Below are positions 10,232 through 21,800 of a stretch of 64,000 nucleotides of DNA, piece by piece (the stretch's first letter is position 1; each line of letters opens with the position of its first letter). Origin of the DNA: Bdellovibrionales bacterium (GTDB taxonomy: Bacteria; Bdellovibrionota; Bdellovibrionia; Bdellovibrionales; UBA1609); contig OZ241329.1 in NCBI GenBank assembly GCA_965199825.1, forward strand, positions 1,376,001-1,440,000, read 5' to 3'. The position numbers and the translations under genes are program-made. The notes beneath the pieces were generated by a model that was not told the DNA's origin, searched no databases, and worked only from the letters and a program-made list of their open reading frames with translations.

Positions 10232-11212
10232 TTACCGATTCACAGTCGACATATCAGGATACCGATCACCAACCGCACTTCCCCGCGGCATAACCTGATC
10301 AATCTTTTTCAGATCCTCAGAAGTTAAATAAACATCGAGAGCACCCATATTTTCATCAAGGCGTTTGCGTTGTTTGGTGCCCGGGATGGGCACGATGTCA
10401 TCACCTTGGGCCATCACCCAGGCGAGTGCCACTTGGGCTGCGGTTGCGTTTTTTTGTTTTGCGAGAGTTTCGATCTGATGAACGAGCTCAATATTTTTAT
10501 AAAAGTTTTCGCCCTGAAAGCGGGGGCTGTTGCGTCGGTAATCGCCTTCAGGAAAGTCTTCGGGTTTTTTATATTGGCCGGTTAAAAAACCACGACCAAG
10601 GGGACTGTAGGGAACAAAACCAATTTTAAGTTCTCTTAAAGTTTTTAAAATTTCATTTTCGGGATCTCTGGTCCAAAGCGAATATTCCGATTGCAAAGCA
10701 GAAATGGAATGAATCTTGTGAGCACGACGAATGGTTTCTGGTTTGGCTTCTGACATTCCGAGATAGCGGACCTTGCCCTCTTTGACCAATTCAGCCATCG
10801 CTCCAATCGTCTCTTCTATTTCGACATCGAGATCAACCCGGTGTTGGTAGTAAAGATCAATCACATCCACGCCTAAACGCTTTAAAGAATCTTCGCAGCA
10901 CTTTTTGACGTAGGCAGGTTTACCGCTAATCCCTAAAAATTTGCCATCGTCGGCGCGTTGATTTCCAAATTTGGTTGCGATCACAACTTGATCGCGTCGA
11001 TCTTTGATTGCTTTGCCGATGAGGAATTCATTTGTATAGGGGCCGTACATATCGGCGGTATCCAAAAATGTAAGACCATGATCAAGAGCATGATGAATTG
11101 TTGCGATCGATTCTTTGTCGTCGCGGCTTGAATAAAAATCAGACATACCCATGCAGCCTAAACCCATGCGCGAAACTTTTAATCCTTGGTTTCCGAGTGC
11201 TACTGTTTTCAT
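10232..11212 (-). CDS. aldo/keto reductase
   Basis: [42 protein letters not shown]. Confidence 0.95.
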   Translation of the reverse strand: MKTVALGNQGLKVSRMGLGCMGMSDFYSSRDDKESIATIHHALDHGLTFLDTADMYGPYTNEFLIGKAIKDRRDQVVIATKFGNQRADDGKFLGISGKPAYVKKCCEDSLKRLGVDVIDLYYQHRVDLDVEIEETIGAMAELVKEGKVRYLGMSEAKPETIRRAHKIHSISALQSEYSLWTRDPENEILKTLRELKIGFVPYSPLGRGFLTGQYKKPEDFPEGDYRRNSPRFQGENFYKNIELVHQIETLAKQKNATAAQVALAWVMAQGDDIVPIPGTKQRKRLDENMGALDVYLTSEDLKKIDQVMPRGSAVGDRYPDMSTVNR

Positions 11213-11222
11213 CGAAATCTCC

Positions 11223-12314
11223 TTATTGAATCAGTTTGTAACCTTTGAGCATCGCAATAAAGGGTGGCGCAATGCCCACCGCTTTTGCTTCCTCTTCACT
11301 CAACGGAAATGGTTTAGGCTTAAAATCAGGTTCAACAGCTTTTAGCGGCCAGTCGGGTGTGCTAATCGCAATTTTTCCGAGGGCCACGAGATCGGCACCT
11401 TCATTTAATGCAAATTCGGCATGCTTTGGTTCTTTCACACCTCCACACATCATCAATGCGATTTGTGGAGGGACCACTGATCTTAAGCGGCGAATGTTTG
11501 ATTCTTTGCTGTCCGCATATTTCCATGAGACCGCTGCGACATCGCTTGCAGAAATATGAATGTAATCCACATCAAGTTTCACAAGCCACTCAATCACTTG
11601 TTTTGTTTCGTCGATATCAAACCCTTTTTGGGCTGGCGCATCTTCGGCGAGCAGTCGCACGCCTACGATAAAATCTTTTGGCATCGCCTTTTTTATTTCA
11701 CTCACTGTTTGTATCAAAAATCGGGCACGATTTTCGAGCGAGCCGCCCCAGCGATCGGTGCGCTTATTATTTATTGTATTTAAAAATTGGGTAAACAAAT
11801 ATCCATTAGCACCATGAACCTCGATCCCTGAGAGGCCGGCTTGATGGGCGCGTTTTGCGGCAGACACAAAATGTGCGATGATCTCTAAGATTTCTTTTTC
11901 TTCAAGTGCACGCGGCATTTCGAAATCCGGAAAATCAAGAGTGACCGCGCTCGGTGCAGTGGGTTGCACCCCAGTCAGATTCCTTGGACTTCGAACTCCA
12001 CCATGAAAAAGCTGAAGCACCGTCAGAGCATTTTGTTTTTTGCCGATGTCTGCAAGTTTTTTAAAGCCGTCGATGTGGGCATCAGAAAAACACCCGAGCT
12101 GACCCTCCCAAGCTTTTGCGGTGGGTTGCACGTGACTCGCAGCAGAGATCAGCATTCCGAACCCACCTTTGGCACGAAGATCGAGCCAGTGAAGTTCAGC
12201 AGTGCTGAGTGTGCCGTCTTGATGACTTTGAGAGTTGGTCATTGGAGCAAGCACGATTCGATTTTTTTGCGAGACACCGTTTGGAAACTGAAATGATTTT
12301 GTGAATTTTTGCAT
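11223..12314 (-). CDS. NADH:flavin oxidoreductase (old yellow enzyme family)
   Basis: [45 protein letters not shown]. Confidence 0.93.
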   Translation of the reverse strand: MQKFTKSFQFPNGVSQKNRIVLAPMTNSQSHQDGTLSTAELHWLDLRAKGGFGMLISAASHVQPTAKAWEGQLGCFSDAHIDGFKKLADIGKKQNALTVLQLFHGGVRSPRNLTGVQPTAPSAVTLDFPDFEMPRALEEKEILEIIAHFVSAAKRAHQAGLSGIEVHGANGYLFTQFLNTINNKRTDRWGGSLENRARFLIQTVSEIKKAMPKDFIVGVRLLAEDAPAQKGFDIDETKQVIEWLVKLDVDYIHISASDVAAVSWKYADSKESNIRRLRSVVPPQIALMMCGGVKEPKHAEFALNEGADLVALGKIAISTPDWPLKAVEPDFKPKPFPLSEEEAKAVGIAPPFIAMLKGYKLIQ

Positions 12315-12379
12315 AGTCGGGCCCTTTCTGATTTCAGCTTTCCATCAGGCCCTTTTTTTTATCTGTTGTGTAGTCCGGT

Positions 12380-12811
12380 TTATATCTGAAGCCGAAGTTC
12401 TTTTGATAAGGATCTCACTTGATCGTGATCCAGCTTTGTAGCATCAGGCCATTCGGTGATTTTATGGCCCCAATATTCTTTTGGAGTATTTTTAAATCGC
12501 GGCACAATATGAAAATGAAAATGAGCCACTTTGTCATTAATTCGAAAAACATAAGCATGTTCGGCGCCTAAAAATTTTGTAAGCAGCTTTATGCTTTTAC
12601 AAATGAGTAATCCTAATGCTTGCGCCTCGGCCTCACTGATTTCATCGGCAGCAACAATGTGGCGCTTTGCTTCGATCAACAAATGTCCCTTATTGGCTTT
12701 TTGACCGTCGATAATAGGAAAATGCGACACCACAAAGCCCTCGCCCTCGGCAATGGGAACACCAGTGACTTGATCAAAATCTTTATGCTTTTCACACACC
12801 ATGCAATCCAT
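12380..12811 (-). CDS. HIT family protein
   Basis: N-terminal CxxC; GHLLI; HFHFHIVPR. Confidence 0.9.
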   Translation of the reverse strand: MDCMVCEKHKDFDQVTGVPIAEGEGFVVSHFPIIDGQKANKGHLLIEAKRHIVAADEISEAEAQALGLLICKSIKLLTKFLGAEHAYVFRINDKVAHFHFHIVPRFKNTPKEYWGHKITEWPDATKLDHDQVRSLSKELRLQI

Positions 12812-12905
12812 GACGTTTGTTCAATCATAGACTATCGTGGGGATACAAAGAAAAAGTTATAGAGCAAGCTCACGGACTAGGTTTTGCATTCATCAGAGGA
12901 TATCT

Positions 12906-13643
12906 ATGTTTAAAAAATTAAGTTTTTGTATTGTGGTTTTATTTGTTCTTCCGGTTTTGGCAGAAGAATGCCCACGTCGCATTGTGTTTTTGCCTGAGAG
13001 CCACATGGTTGACCAAATCACCGGGCAAAAAATGGCCGAAGATCAATTCGATCCAGTCGCCGAGTCTCAAGCCAAGGTTGCAAGATATATCGAAGGCTCG
13101 TCTAAAACTCCGGTCTTTACCGAGCACGCAGCGATCACCGATTTTGATCTTGAAAATATGCCGAAGGAAGAAGTCGAAAATCTTCAGGCCCTCTATACGC
13201 AACTTTTTCCAAACGGCATTTCGCCCAATTATAACGTCCTCACAAAAGAACAAAAACAAAGTTTGATCGATGTGGGTGGAGATTTTGTTCAATTGATCCG
13301 TGAAAAAACCAGATCTTTACGGCACGTGATCGAGAATGAAGAAGAGCTAAATAAAATTTATAAACCCATCGTGGAGTGGGCCAAAACAAATAATGTCTCA
13401 GAAGTTCCCTATCCGCCAGAGATCGGCGCCCTTGCTTACGGGGAGCGAGAGCGAGCGGCACTCCGTCAAATTAAAAAATATTTTGATCAAAACACCAATC
13501 ACACCGAAGTGATTTTAGTTTTTGGTCATGATGCTAATTTTAGTTTTTATCCTGATCTCTTTGATCCAAAATGTATCTCAACCCCTGAAGAATTTTTGCC
13601 CGATTGGCGCGGCGAAAAGCGATCAGGCCCTAAAGGATTTTGA
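12906..13643 (+). CDS. exported hypothetical protein, possible TraB/ChaN-like fold
   Basis: start moved to ATG 12906 after GAGGA; signal peptide; IVFLPESH...VFTE...RERAAL...VILVFGH. Confidence 0.6.
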   Translation: MFKKLSFCIVVLFVLPVLAEECPRRIVFLPESHMVDQITGQKMAEDQFDPVAESQAKVARYIEGSSKTPVFTEHAAITDFDLENMPKEEVENLQALYTQLFPNGISPNYNVLTKEQKQSLIDVGGDFVQLIREKTRSLRHVIENEEELNKIYKPIVEWAKTNNVSEVPYPPEIGALAYGERERAALRQIKKYFDQNTNHTEVILVFGHDANFSFYPDLFDPKCISTPEEFLPDWRGEKRSGPKGF

Positions 13644-13644
13644 T

Positions 13645-14178
13645 TTAAATTTTAGGCTTTTTAATTTCGATCAGAATTTCATTTCTGCGTAAAAACGGTA
13701 AGGTCCATGGAGGATTGTAGCGGGCAAAATTAGGCTCGCCCAAGGGTTCAAACTGTTTTTGTTTGATCCAGCTCTTGAGCTCTTCTAAATGTTTTTGATA
13801 CGTCGACTCTTTCCACGTGCCACTTGAACGAATACTCGCAAAAGTTTTTGCGGGCTCTTTTTCTATTTTTACATTTTGATCATTCGGAACGGGGAGAGTC
13901 TCTAAGCTAAACTCTTTGGGCATCGTAAAGGTGATCGCAAATTTATTATTTTGATGGGTTGATTCTTTTTCCATTCCCACCGGAGTGGTCATGGCAATTT
14001 TTTGGCTCTTCGAATTACCGCCAAATATAAATCCAGCCAACCGCTTAAAACCTATTTTGGTTGCCGTATCAAATTCGCTTTCCACAATTGTTTTGGCAAC
14101 CACCCGCGGCGAATACTCTCGCACCTCAAAATTTTTTTCTTTGAATACCACATCATACTTTGGAGTTTCGCTTGCCAA
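13645..14178 (-). CDS. SOUL heme-binding protein
   Basis: ETPKYDVV, GFKRLAGFIFGGN, KIAMTTPV, ARYNPPWTLPFLRRNEI. Confidence 0.92.
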   Translation of the reverse strand: MASETPKYDVVFKEKNFEVREYSPRVVAKTIVESEFDTATKIGFKRLAGFIFGGNSKSQKIAMTTPVGMEKESTHQNNKFAITFTMPKEFSLETLPVPNDQNVKIEKEPAKTFASIRSSGTWKESTYQKHLEELKSWIKQKQFEPLGEPNFARYNPPWTLPFLRRNEILIEIKKPKI

Positions 14179-14244
14179 GGGAAGACCTCTTATTTGTTAA
14201 AGTTGATCTATGATGATACTGATTTGAGATCAAAAGGAGTTTTT

Positions 14245-14571
14245 ATGAAATTTTTGGCAATATTCGCATTGATGGCCTTGAACTGTCACGCTGTCACTCT
14301 CAAGTCTGTTTCAATCCGGTATTACAACTGTTCCATATTTACGGTTTCAAAAAATTTAGGCAAGTGTGCGGTCTCGGTTGTGAGCGAAGGTAAGGAGATG
14401 GATCTGGTTGCAAGCCCTGAAGTGGCCGCCCCCTGGGGCAACAGCTACGGGGACATCACTTGTCGGCCTATGACTGATCTCAGTATGGAAATTGACGAAG
14501 CCAACGAAATCGTTAGCGTAAAGGATTTGCACGGGAAAACGATCTCAACCAAGTTTGATTATTCGCGCTGA
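14245..14571 (+). CDS. small exported hypothetical protein
   Basis: AAGGAG RBS, ATG 14245, MKFLAIFALMALNCHA leader. Confidence 0.7.
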   Translation: MKFLAIFALMALNCHAVTLKSVSIRYYNCSIFTVSKNLGKCAVSVVSEGKEMDLVASPEVAAPWGNSYGDITCRPMTDLSMEIDEANEIVSVKDLHGKTISTKFDYSR

Positions 14572-14733
14572 GCGAGCCGGCATTGAGCTGGACCGATTAC
14601 CTTTTCGCTTAGGTTTTGAATAAATTATTTGAGCCTTCGGAAAATTGTCGGTCATACCGATGCCAAGACCCGTTAGCGTCGAGCAGAGCTAGTCCTTAGA
14701 ATTGCAAATTGGACCTCTCAACAGGAGAGGCCA

Positions 14734-15051
14734 ATGAGACAACCAAACATTCTCGATTTAGCCATTGATTTTAGTCTTGCTGCCAACCGAATCAAAATTC
14801 GGGGTCACCTCAAAGAAGAGCTCGACCGGGCGGCCTCATCGGTGACGATCGAGCTTGCCGAGAGCAATCTTAAAGGTTCACGGCGCGATAAGCTGGTCAT
14901 TTTTGATTCGGCTCTCAATCATTTGCGGGAGTGCCAAGAGATTTTTGGCCTGATCGAACTTGAAGACCCTAAGCTGTTGGCACAAACTGAAGTTTTGATC
15001 GGCCAACTGATGCATCTTATTGATCCTCCAGCCAAAGTTTCATTGAGTTGA
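14734..15051 (+). CDS. four helix bundle protein (23S IVP/Avd-like), divergent
   Basis: [12 protein letters not shown]...AE...S..DK...F..A...LRECQ pattern. Confidence 0.7.
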   Translation: MRQPNILDLAIDFSLAANRIKIRGHLKEELDRAASSVTIELAESNLKGSRRDKLVIFDSALNHLRECQEIFGLIELEDPKLLAQTEVLIGQLMHLIDPPAKVSLS

Positions 15052-16044
15052 TGAGTCGCAAGGAAGTGTAAAAGAAAATTCGCTTCCTTTGCCATTCAAC
15101 GACTTGACTTGCAATTTGCCGCCGTGGGCTTCGACCAAAGTTTTTGCGATATGGAGCCCAAGACCTAAACCACTTCTGTGTGTATCGCCGACTTGGGCGA
15201 ATCTCTCAAAGATGCGAGCCTGCTGATCTTTAGAAATACCGGGGCCATTATCCTTTACCGAAATTTTGATATGTTTTTTTCGTTGATGAGATGTCACGGT
15301 GATGGATCCTTGCTCGGGAGTAAACTTAATTGCATTGCTAATCAGATTTAATAGAACTTGAGCCACTCGGTCTCTATCACAATTGATGTCAACGACAACA
15401 GCCCGCTTGCACGTTTTGAACTTAATCTTTTTTGACACCGCGGTGTTTGTTAATCCCTCAACAACTTCAGAAATAAGGTCGTTCACGGAGCACGGCTTTC
15501 TCTGAAGTTGAATTTTGCCCTCGGCAATTCGCTCCATATCTAGGATGTCGTTGATCAGCCGCATGGCAAACTCGGCGTTACGTTTGATCATATCGACCCA
15601 GAGAATGTTGGTCTTAGCAGACTCTTTAAACGATTTGTCATTCTTAAGAATATTTGCACAAGACACTATTGTTCCAATTGGATTTCGCAAATCATGACTG
15701 ACGACCGCCACAAATTCTATTCGGCTGGTTAACGCCGACTTGGTGCTTTTGTGATCAGTTTGCTCTTGGTAAAGAAGTTGGGCCAAAGTTTGAGCATAGC
15801 TATCTGCAATTTCACGCTCATCCAAAAGATGTTTATCGGTCGCAATTCTTTCAAGGCTTAAAATTTTATTTAACAGCCGGTCATTTTTGAACCGTTCGGC
15901 TTTAAGGGTTGAAATTTCATGATCGCAATTATTTTGAAAATGTTTGTGACTGAATGAATCGTCTGCTTGAATTCGTTCGTGAGTCAGACTCTCATCTGTA
16001 CGTTGGCGCTCTTTTTTGATCGGAGTGATTTCAATATATTTCAC
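15040..16044 (-). CDS. sensor histidine kinase (HisKA/HATPase)
   Basis: SHDLRNP H-box; [21 protein letters not shown]. Confidence 0.92.
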   Translation of the reverse strand: MKYIEITPIKKERQRTDESLTHERIQADDSFSHKHFQNNCDHEISTLKAERFKNDRLLNKILSLERIATDKHLLDEREIADSYAQTLAQLLYQEQTDHKSTKSALTSRIEFVAVVSHDLRNPIGTIVSCANILKNDKSFKESAKTNILWVDMIKRNAEFAMRLINDILDMERIAEGKIQLQRKPCSVNDLISEVVEGLTNTAVSKKIKFKTCKRAVVVDINCDRDRVAQVLLNLISNAIKFTPEQGSITVTSHQRKKHIKISVKDNGPGISKDQQARIFERFAQVGDTHRSGLGLGLHIAKTLVEAHGGKLQVKSLNGKGSEFSFTLPCDSSTQ

Positions 16045-16352
16045 GATCGGCTCCTATTGTGAATCTTAACCGGCCAAGCCTTAGCACACTCCAATCATCA
16101 GAAAGATCGAGATCATCGTATAAATCTGTTTATGACAAATTAAAGATGTGTTTGTTCGTGTTCATCAAAAGCATAACGGTTCACTCTTTCGTATTCATAA
16201 TTTTCTTGGCCGCGGCATCAGCCCACATGGCGCCTTCTTGTGGCAGAAATGTTGCTCTTCATTACTTTGGGTGAGGGGTAAATAGATAAAGTCGAACCAA
16301 TTCAATTTGGTGGCTATGCAGTGACGCTTTTGGGCCCACCCATGACTTTAAT

Positions 16353-17975
16353 ATGCGGGTGATGATTTTGAAAACTAAATTGATCTTATTGATTTTCGCG
16401 ATGTCAGGCGGGCTTGCCAACGCCCTTCAATTTCCAAAATTTGAACAATCACTTTTGGAACTTCAAGAAGTTTTGAAGCCGCATGTGGTGACACTTGATA
16501 GGAATTTAATTTTATTTCGTTACGAGGCCAAAGACCCCGAAAGATTTAATCCGCATAATGAACAAGACTTAATCAATCGAGTATCGCCTTGGTCGAAAAG
16601 ATTTTTTGATGAATCGATCGTCGGAAATCCTGACGGTGGAGGTCCAGGCCTTTATGCCTCTACCGATCCCACTGCCACGGCGACTTGGGGAATCACCACG
16701 CCAGGACTGTTTGTTTTAACTCTTCAAAAACAATCGAACGTCTTAATTGGTGATATGCCAGAGGTCTCTCAGGCCAACAAAAAACGACTTAGCGAAATTT
16801 ACAGCCAGATGAATTGCGGTAAAAATTCTTATCAAGACGGCAACGGCAGTGAGTTCTCACAAGTCGTGGTGCGCTTTCGCAATGCTGAAAATCCTGAGTG
16901 CCGCCGCCTGATGATCGAAGTCATCAGAAGATTAGAAATCAAAGCGATCACCTATTCTTTTTATTCTTCGCCTTTAGCAAATTGTCGGGCGACGGGCACC
17001 GCAATCAATATCGTATGGCCCGATGCGATGGCGCTGTCGGATATCAACTACTACTCTGACGACGTGACCATCGAAGGAAAAAAACAACTCACCCCATTTG
17101 TTAAAAAACTTTTTGATGAAGGCAAAACCTACTTCTTCACACAGACTGCAATGGCAAACGAAAGCATGCGCGACAGTCTTAAAAATGCTTTTGGTTTTTT
17201 TAATCATGTCGAAGCGATTGATGATATTTCTTACGAGCGTTGGAAGGCCCATCATATTTTAAGATGTGGCCCCAAATGGCCTACCGAACTTCCAGATTTG
17301 CGTGCGATCCTTAACCTTAACAGCAAGGCAAATGCTTCTGAAGAACTGCAGGACCTTTATATAACCACCGCACTGGCCTACAAGAAACGTAAATTTAATT
17401 TAATGGATCCGACAACACAACTGGCTGAAAGTGAATTTCATATCAGTAGAATGCGAAAGATAAAACATTTGCTCTATCAACAGATGCAAACGAGCCGCGT
17501 CCAGCTTTCTGAAAATCGTTTTAATAAACTTTTCGATCAAGAAAATATAAATTCCTTACAAAAAATGGCGGGGTTGCTCGGTGAGTCCTATCCAGTCATT
17601 CCAAAAGAATTCAACAGTCAGATGATGAAAGCCCTTGAGCAAGTCAACGAACGCGACTTGAGTCATCCTTTGCTCATTGCAACCCTCTTGCAAAAAGCTG
17701 GTATTGGACCTCGCATGCTGAAGCTTGTGTTTAATCAGAATCAGTTTCAGCAGGGTAACGTGCCTATTCTCGAAGGCGATATTCCGTCGAGAATGAATCA
17801 AGACGCGAGCGGTTTACTCCAACACAATCGAAAACTTATCGGTGGAATCCTGCGACAGTGTTTAAATATGTATTCCGATCCTACGATTTCCAATAAAGAA
17901 GTTTATGAAAGCCCATGCGGACTCTACAACACCACTTATCAGAAAAAGGTTTTAGGTCAAATCAGTGGAACTTGA
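16353..17975 (+). CDS. exported protein with possible ADP-ribosyltransferase-like N-terminal domain
   Basis: signal peptide; LFRY...GPGLYASTDP....WG. Confidence 0.55.
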   Translation: MRVMILKTKLILLIFAMSGGLANALQFPKFEQSLLELQEVLKPHVVTLDRNLILFRYEAKDPERFNPHNEQDLINRVSPWSKRFFDESIVGNPDGGGPGLYASTDPTATATWGITTPGLFVLTLQKQSNVLIGDMPEVSQANKKRLSEIYSQMNCGKNSYQDGNGSEFSQVVVRFRNAENPECRRLMIEVIRRLEIKAITYSFYSSPLANCRATGTAINIVWPDAMALSDINYYSDDVTIEGKKQLTPFVKKLFDEGKTYFFTQTAMANESMRDSLKNAFGFFNHVEAIDDISYERWKAHHILRCGPKWPTELPDLRAILNLNSKANASEELQDLYITTALAYKKRKFNLMDPTTQLAESEFHISRMRKIKHLLYQQMQTSRVQLSENRFNKLFDQENINSLQKMAGLLGESYPVIPKEFNSQMMKALEQVNERDLSHPLLIATLLQKAGIGPRMLKLVFNQNQFQQGNVPILEGDIPSRMNQDASGLLQHNRKLIGGILRQCLNMYSDPTISNKEVYESPCGLYNTTYQKKVLGQISGT

Positions 17976-18156
17976 GCGACTCAAAAAATTTACCTGTCCT
18001 TATTGTAATGAGCGGATCTCGATGCTGCTCGATTTGTCTGAAAATGGCGTACAAACTTATATTGAAGATTGCGAAGTGTGCTGTCAGCCAATCCAAATCC
18101 AATTCGAAATTCATGATCATAAATTGATTAAGTTTAGCTCGCATGCGGCTCAGTGA
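17965..18156 (+). CDS. CPXCG-motif cysteine-rich protein
   Basis: CPYCNE...QTYIEDCEVCCQPI. Confidence 0.88.
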   Translation: MELERLKKFTCPYCNERISMLLDLSENGVQTYIEDCEVCCQPIQIQFEIHDHKLIKFSSHAAQ

Positions 18157-18158
18157 TG

Positions 18159-18689
18159 TTAAAATCCAAAATGGTTCGATTCACTCGGAATCGCTAGTGG
18201 AGTAAAAACTTGGGCAGCGACCGCTTGAGTTAAATGATTCAAATGCCAATGATAATAACCATTGGGAGTCACAAAAATCTGTCCCGGCCTTAGCCATGTG
18301 CCGATCCATTGATGAGTAAATCCCCACGCCAGTTTTCCGCTCTGAGGTGCATCTTGAGAAACCGGAACTCCATAAAAAGTCATAAGATTATTTTTGCCAA
18401 TGGAGTTGACGATAATCTCGCCGGTCGCTCCGATAAAATGGGGACCTGTTCCGGATACGACTCCTTCTTGTTCTTCAATATCTAAAACTCGTGGATCTTT
18501 TGCGAGGTAAACATTTTTAAATGGTAATCCCAGTCGATACCTTGTCCATACTCCTCCGGTGGCTGTGAGGATTCGAGTTTGATTTTCGAGCAAATAAGAT
18601 CCATGCACGCATTGCGAGCGTTCGGTACGTGAAATAAATTGATGAGATCTGCCCAGCTCAACGAACAAGATGCGATCCAATTCTACCAT
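18159..18689 (-). CDS. hypothetical protein
   Basis: 176 aa ORF filling the gap; no recognised motif. Confidence 0.45.
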   Translation of the reverse strand: MVELDRILFVELGRSHQFISRTERSQCVHGSYLLENQTRILTATGGVWTRYRLGLPFKNVYLAKDPRVLDIEEQEGVVSGTGPHFIGATGEIIVNSIGKNNLMTFYGVPVSQDAPQSGKLAWGFTHQWIGTWLRPGQIFVTPNGYYHWHLNHLTQAVAAQVFTPLAIPSESNHFGF

Positions 18690-18893
18690 CGCTCACAATT
18701 TTGACTCCCTACTTGGAATTCAATTCGTCTAGGTCCAAATTATTTGAACGCATTAAAAATTGGCTCGATCCTATGTGTCGTGATCTGTTTGAGAGCTTCG
18801 CTTTAACTCAATCAATTTTATGTGTTCGGTTAAACCCAAAATTTGCTGCCTGTCTTAATTTTTTATTGACTACATGAACAGCTTTTCGAACTG

Positions 18894-21800
18894 TTGACCC
18901 TAATAAGTACTAGCCAGTATAACCTTGAAAAAATTAAAAAGGATTTAATCATTACTCCGACAGTTTCGATCGATGAAGAATTAAGGCTACTGGCGCTCAA
19001 AAGCTTTAAAATTCTAGATACTTTGCCAGAGGCAATTTATGACAACCTCACTCGGCTCGCTTGTGAAACGTGTGGAACACCAGTCGCATTGGTTTCATTG
19101 GTCGATAAAAATCGCCAGTGGTTTAAATCTAAACTTGGATTTGATACCCCAGAAACTTCGAGAGAGATCTCTTTTTGTGCGCATGCGATAAACCAGCAAG
19201 GCATTTTCGAAATTGAAAATGCTCTAGAGGACGAGCGATTCATTAACAATCCTCTCGTCATCTCAGATCCAGGGGTTATCTTTTATGCTGGTGCGCCGTT
19301 AGAAACTTCTGAGGGTCATAAGATCGGCACTCTCTGCGTAATCGATCATAAGCCAAAAAAATTGAGCGAAAGCCAAAAGAAAATTTTGACACTGCTTGCA
19401 GATCAAGTGGTGTCATTGATCGAGTTAACGGGTGCATCCAACACCCTTGTCGAAACTGGGCGTCGCGAACGCGAAATTATGACAGAATCTAAACTCAACC
19501 AAGCTTATTTAAAGACGACGTTGATGTCGATTGGCGATGCGGTTATCGGCACCTCAGCCGGTCCGGATCCGCAAATTTTATTTTTAAATTCAGTGGCAGA
19601 AAATTTGACTGGATGGACTCTTTCAGAAGCACTTGGTCGAAACGTTCACGATGTATTCAAAATTATCAACGTCAACACACGGGAAAGCGCATTTGATCCA
19701 GTTTCTAAAGTACTCAAAGATGGAAAAGTGAGTGAGCTTGCAAATCACACCGCGCTCATTTCTCGATCCGGATGTGAATATATTATCGAAGATAGTGCCG
19801 CCCCGATTATTGATGAAAGTGGAAAGATACTCGGAGTTGTTTTGGTTTTTAGAGATGTCACCGAAAAGGATGCTTTGAGACAACGATCCGAACTTTTGAA
19901 TGCGGTGATTGAGAATAGCAAAGATTTTATCGGCATTGCCAAGCCCGATGGAAAAGCTTTTTATGTCAATCCAGCTGGTCGAAGTCTTGTTGGTCTTGAA
20001 TCTCTAGGGGATGCAACCCAAACCCAGATCCTTGATTACTTTGCCCCATCGGAACGATCACGTGTCACACAAAAATTAATTCCTGAAATTATCAATCACG
20101 GTTTTTGGGATGGTCGAACACTTTTCAAACATTTTGTTACGGGCGAAGAAATTCCTTTTTCATGGAATGCCTTTAGTATCCCAAATATAGAAACTGGCAA
20201 TGTCTCAGCGATTGCCTGTGTGTCACGGGATCTTCGTAGCCAAGAACGGCGTGAGAAGGCGATGACTCAGGTAAACCGAGCTGTCGATCTTGAGCGCAAT
20301 AAGTTTGCTGCGATGTTTGATGTTTCGCCAATTGGACTTGCTTTGGTTGTAGGAAATGATTTGCGTTTCGAAATGGTCAATCGCAAATTTATCGAGCTCG
20401 TTAGCCCTCGTTCTTATGTCGGCCGCACCTGGTCTGAAGTTTATGACGAATTACCGAATTCCGAATTGATCGCTATTATACAAAATACACTTCTCACCGG
20501 AAATTCATACCAAGCTAATGAGATGCCTCTTGAGGTACGCGGTGATTCAGATTTGATCGAAAAGCGCTACTACGATTTTACTTATAGCCGGATATTGGAT
20601 TCAGATCACTTCCCCTACTGCGTTGTGATTCAGTGCTTAGACGTCACCGCAAGAGTGAGAGCGCGCAAAGAGATGGAGCAAAATCAGCTTAAACTTAAAG
20701 AAAGCGAAGACAATCTCTCAGCAGCGGTTGAAGTTGCCAAAGTTGGATTTTACACTTGGGATATATCCAATGATCATTTGGTTTTTTCTAAACAGATGCA
20801 AGCGGACTGGGGCATTGGTGCTGATTTTAGTTTGGCTGATGCAGTCAAGATCATCATACCAGAGGATCAACAGCGAGTGAGCGAAGCGATCAATCAAACT
20901 CTTACGATTGGTGCACCCTACAATATTCAGTATCGCATTAAGAGGCCAAGTGATGGACATGTCATCTGGGTCGAGGTTAGTGGAACGGTTTCTTATGACG
21001 ACATAAAAAAGCCGGTGCGATTTTTTGGAACATCTATCGATATCAGTTCACGAAAAGCGCAAGAGGCAAAACTCGAAGCGATTGCCAATTCCATTCCCCA
21101 GATGGCTTGGACCGCAGATTCTTTTGGGGCTCGAACATGGTTTAACGATCAATGGTTTAAATATTCCGGTGTAAAAATGGAAAATGTTAAAGGATGGGGG
21201 TGGCTCTCTCTCCAACATCCTGACGAAGTGAATCGTGTCGAGAAAAAGTACAGAAAACATATGCAGTCTGGTCTTCCTTGGGAAGATACATACCCCATTC
21301 GCTCGGCAACGGGTGAGTACCGTTGGTTTTTATCAAAGGCAAATCCAATCCGCGATGACAAAGGTGCGGTGGTGCGTTGGTTTGGGACTAACACCGATGT
21401 CACCGCTCAACGTCAGGCCGAACTTCAACTGACGCGTCTGGCATCGGTGATTGAAAGCAGCAGTGATTTTATTGCGATGACCGACGAAAAACTCAAACCG
21501 ATTTTCATCAACCGTGCTGGCCGCGAAATGACTGGATTTGGTGATCAAGAAGTTTCGCAAATGAGCGTGCCCGAATTCTTTGCTGACGACGAGCAAAACC
21601 TTATAAGTGATATTGTTTTACCAACACTGCTGCGCGACGGATTATGGCAGGGAGAGCTTCATTTCAAAAATTTTAAGACCGGCGCTCTAATTCCTGTGCT
21701 CTATAATCTTTTTGCGCTAAAAGACCCTGCAACACAGTCGATCTTTGGATACGCAACAGTGGCGCGCGATACGTCGGAGCGAAGGCGTTTCGAAAATCAT

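Noticed and set aside
14734..15051. Diversity-generating retroelement suggested by an Avd-like four-helix bundle
   Set aside because: No reverse transcriptase and no TR/VR pair seen in the window.
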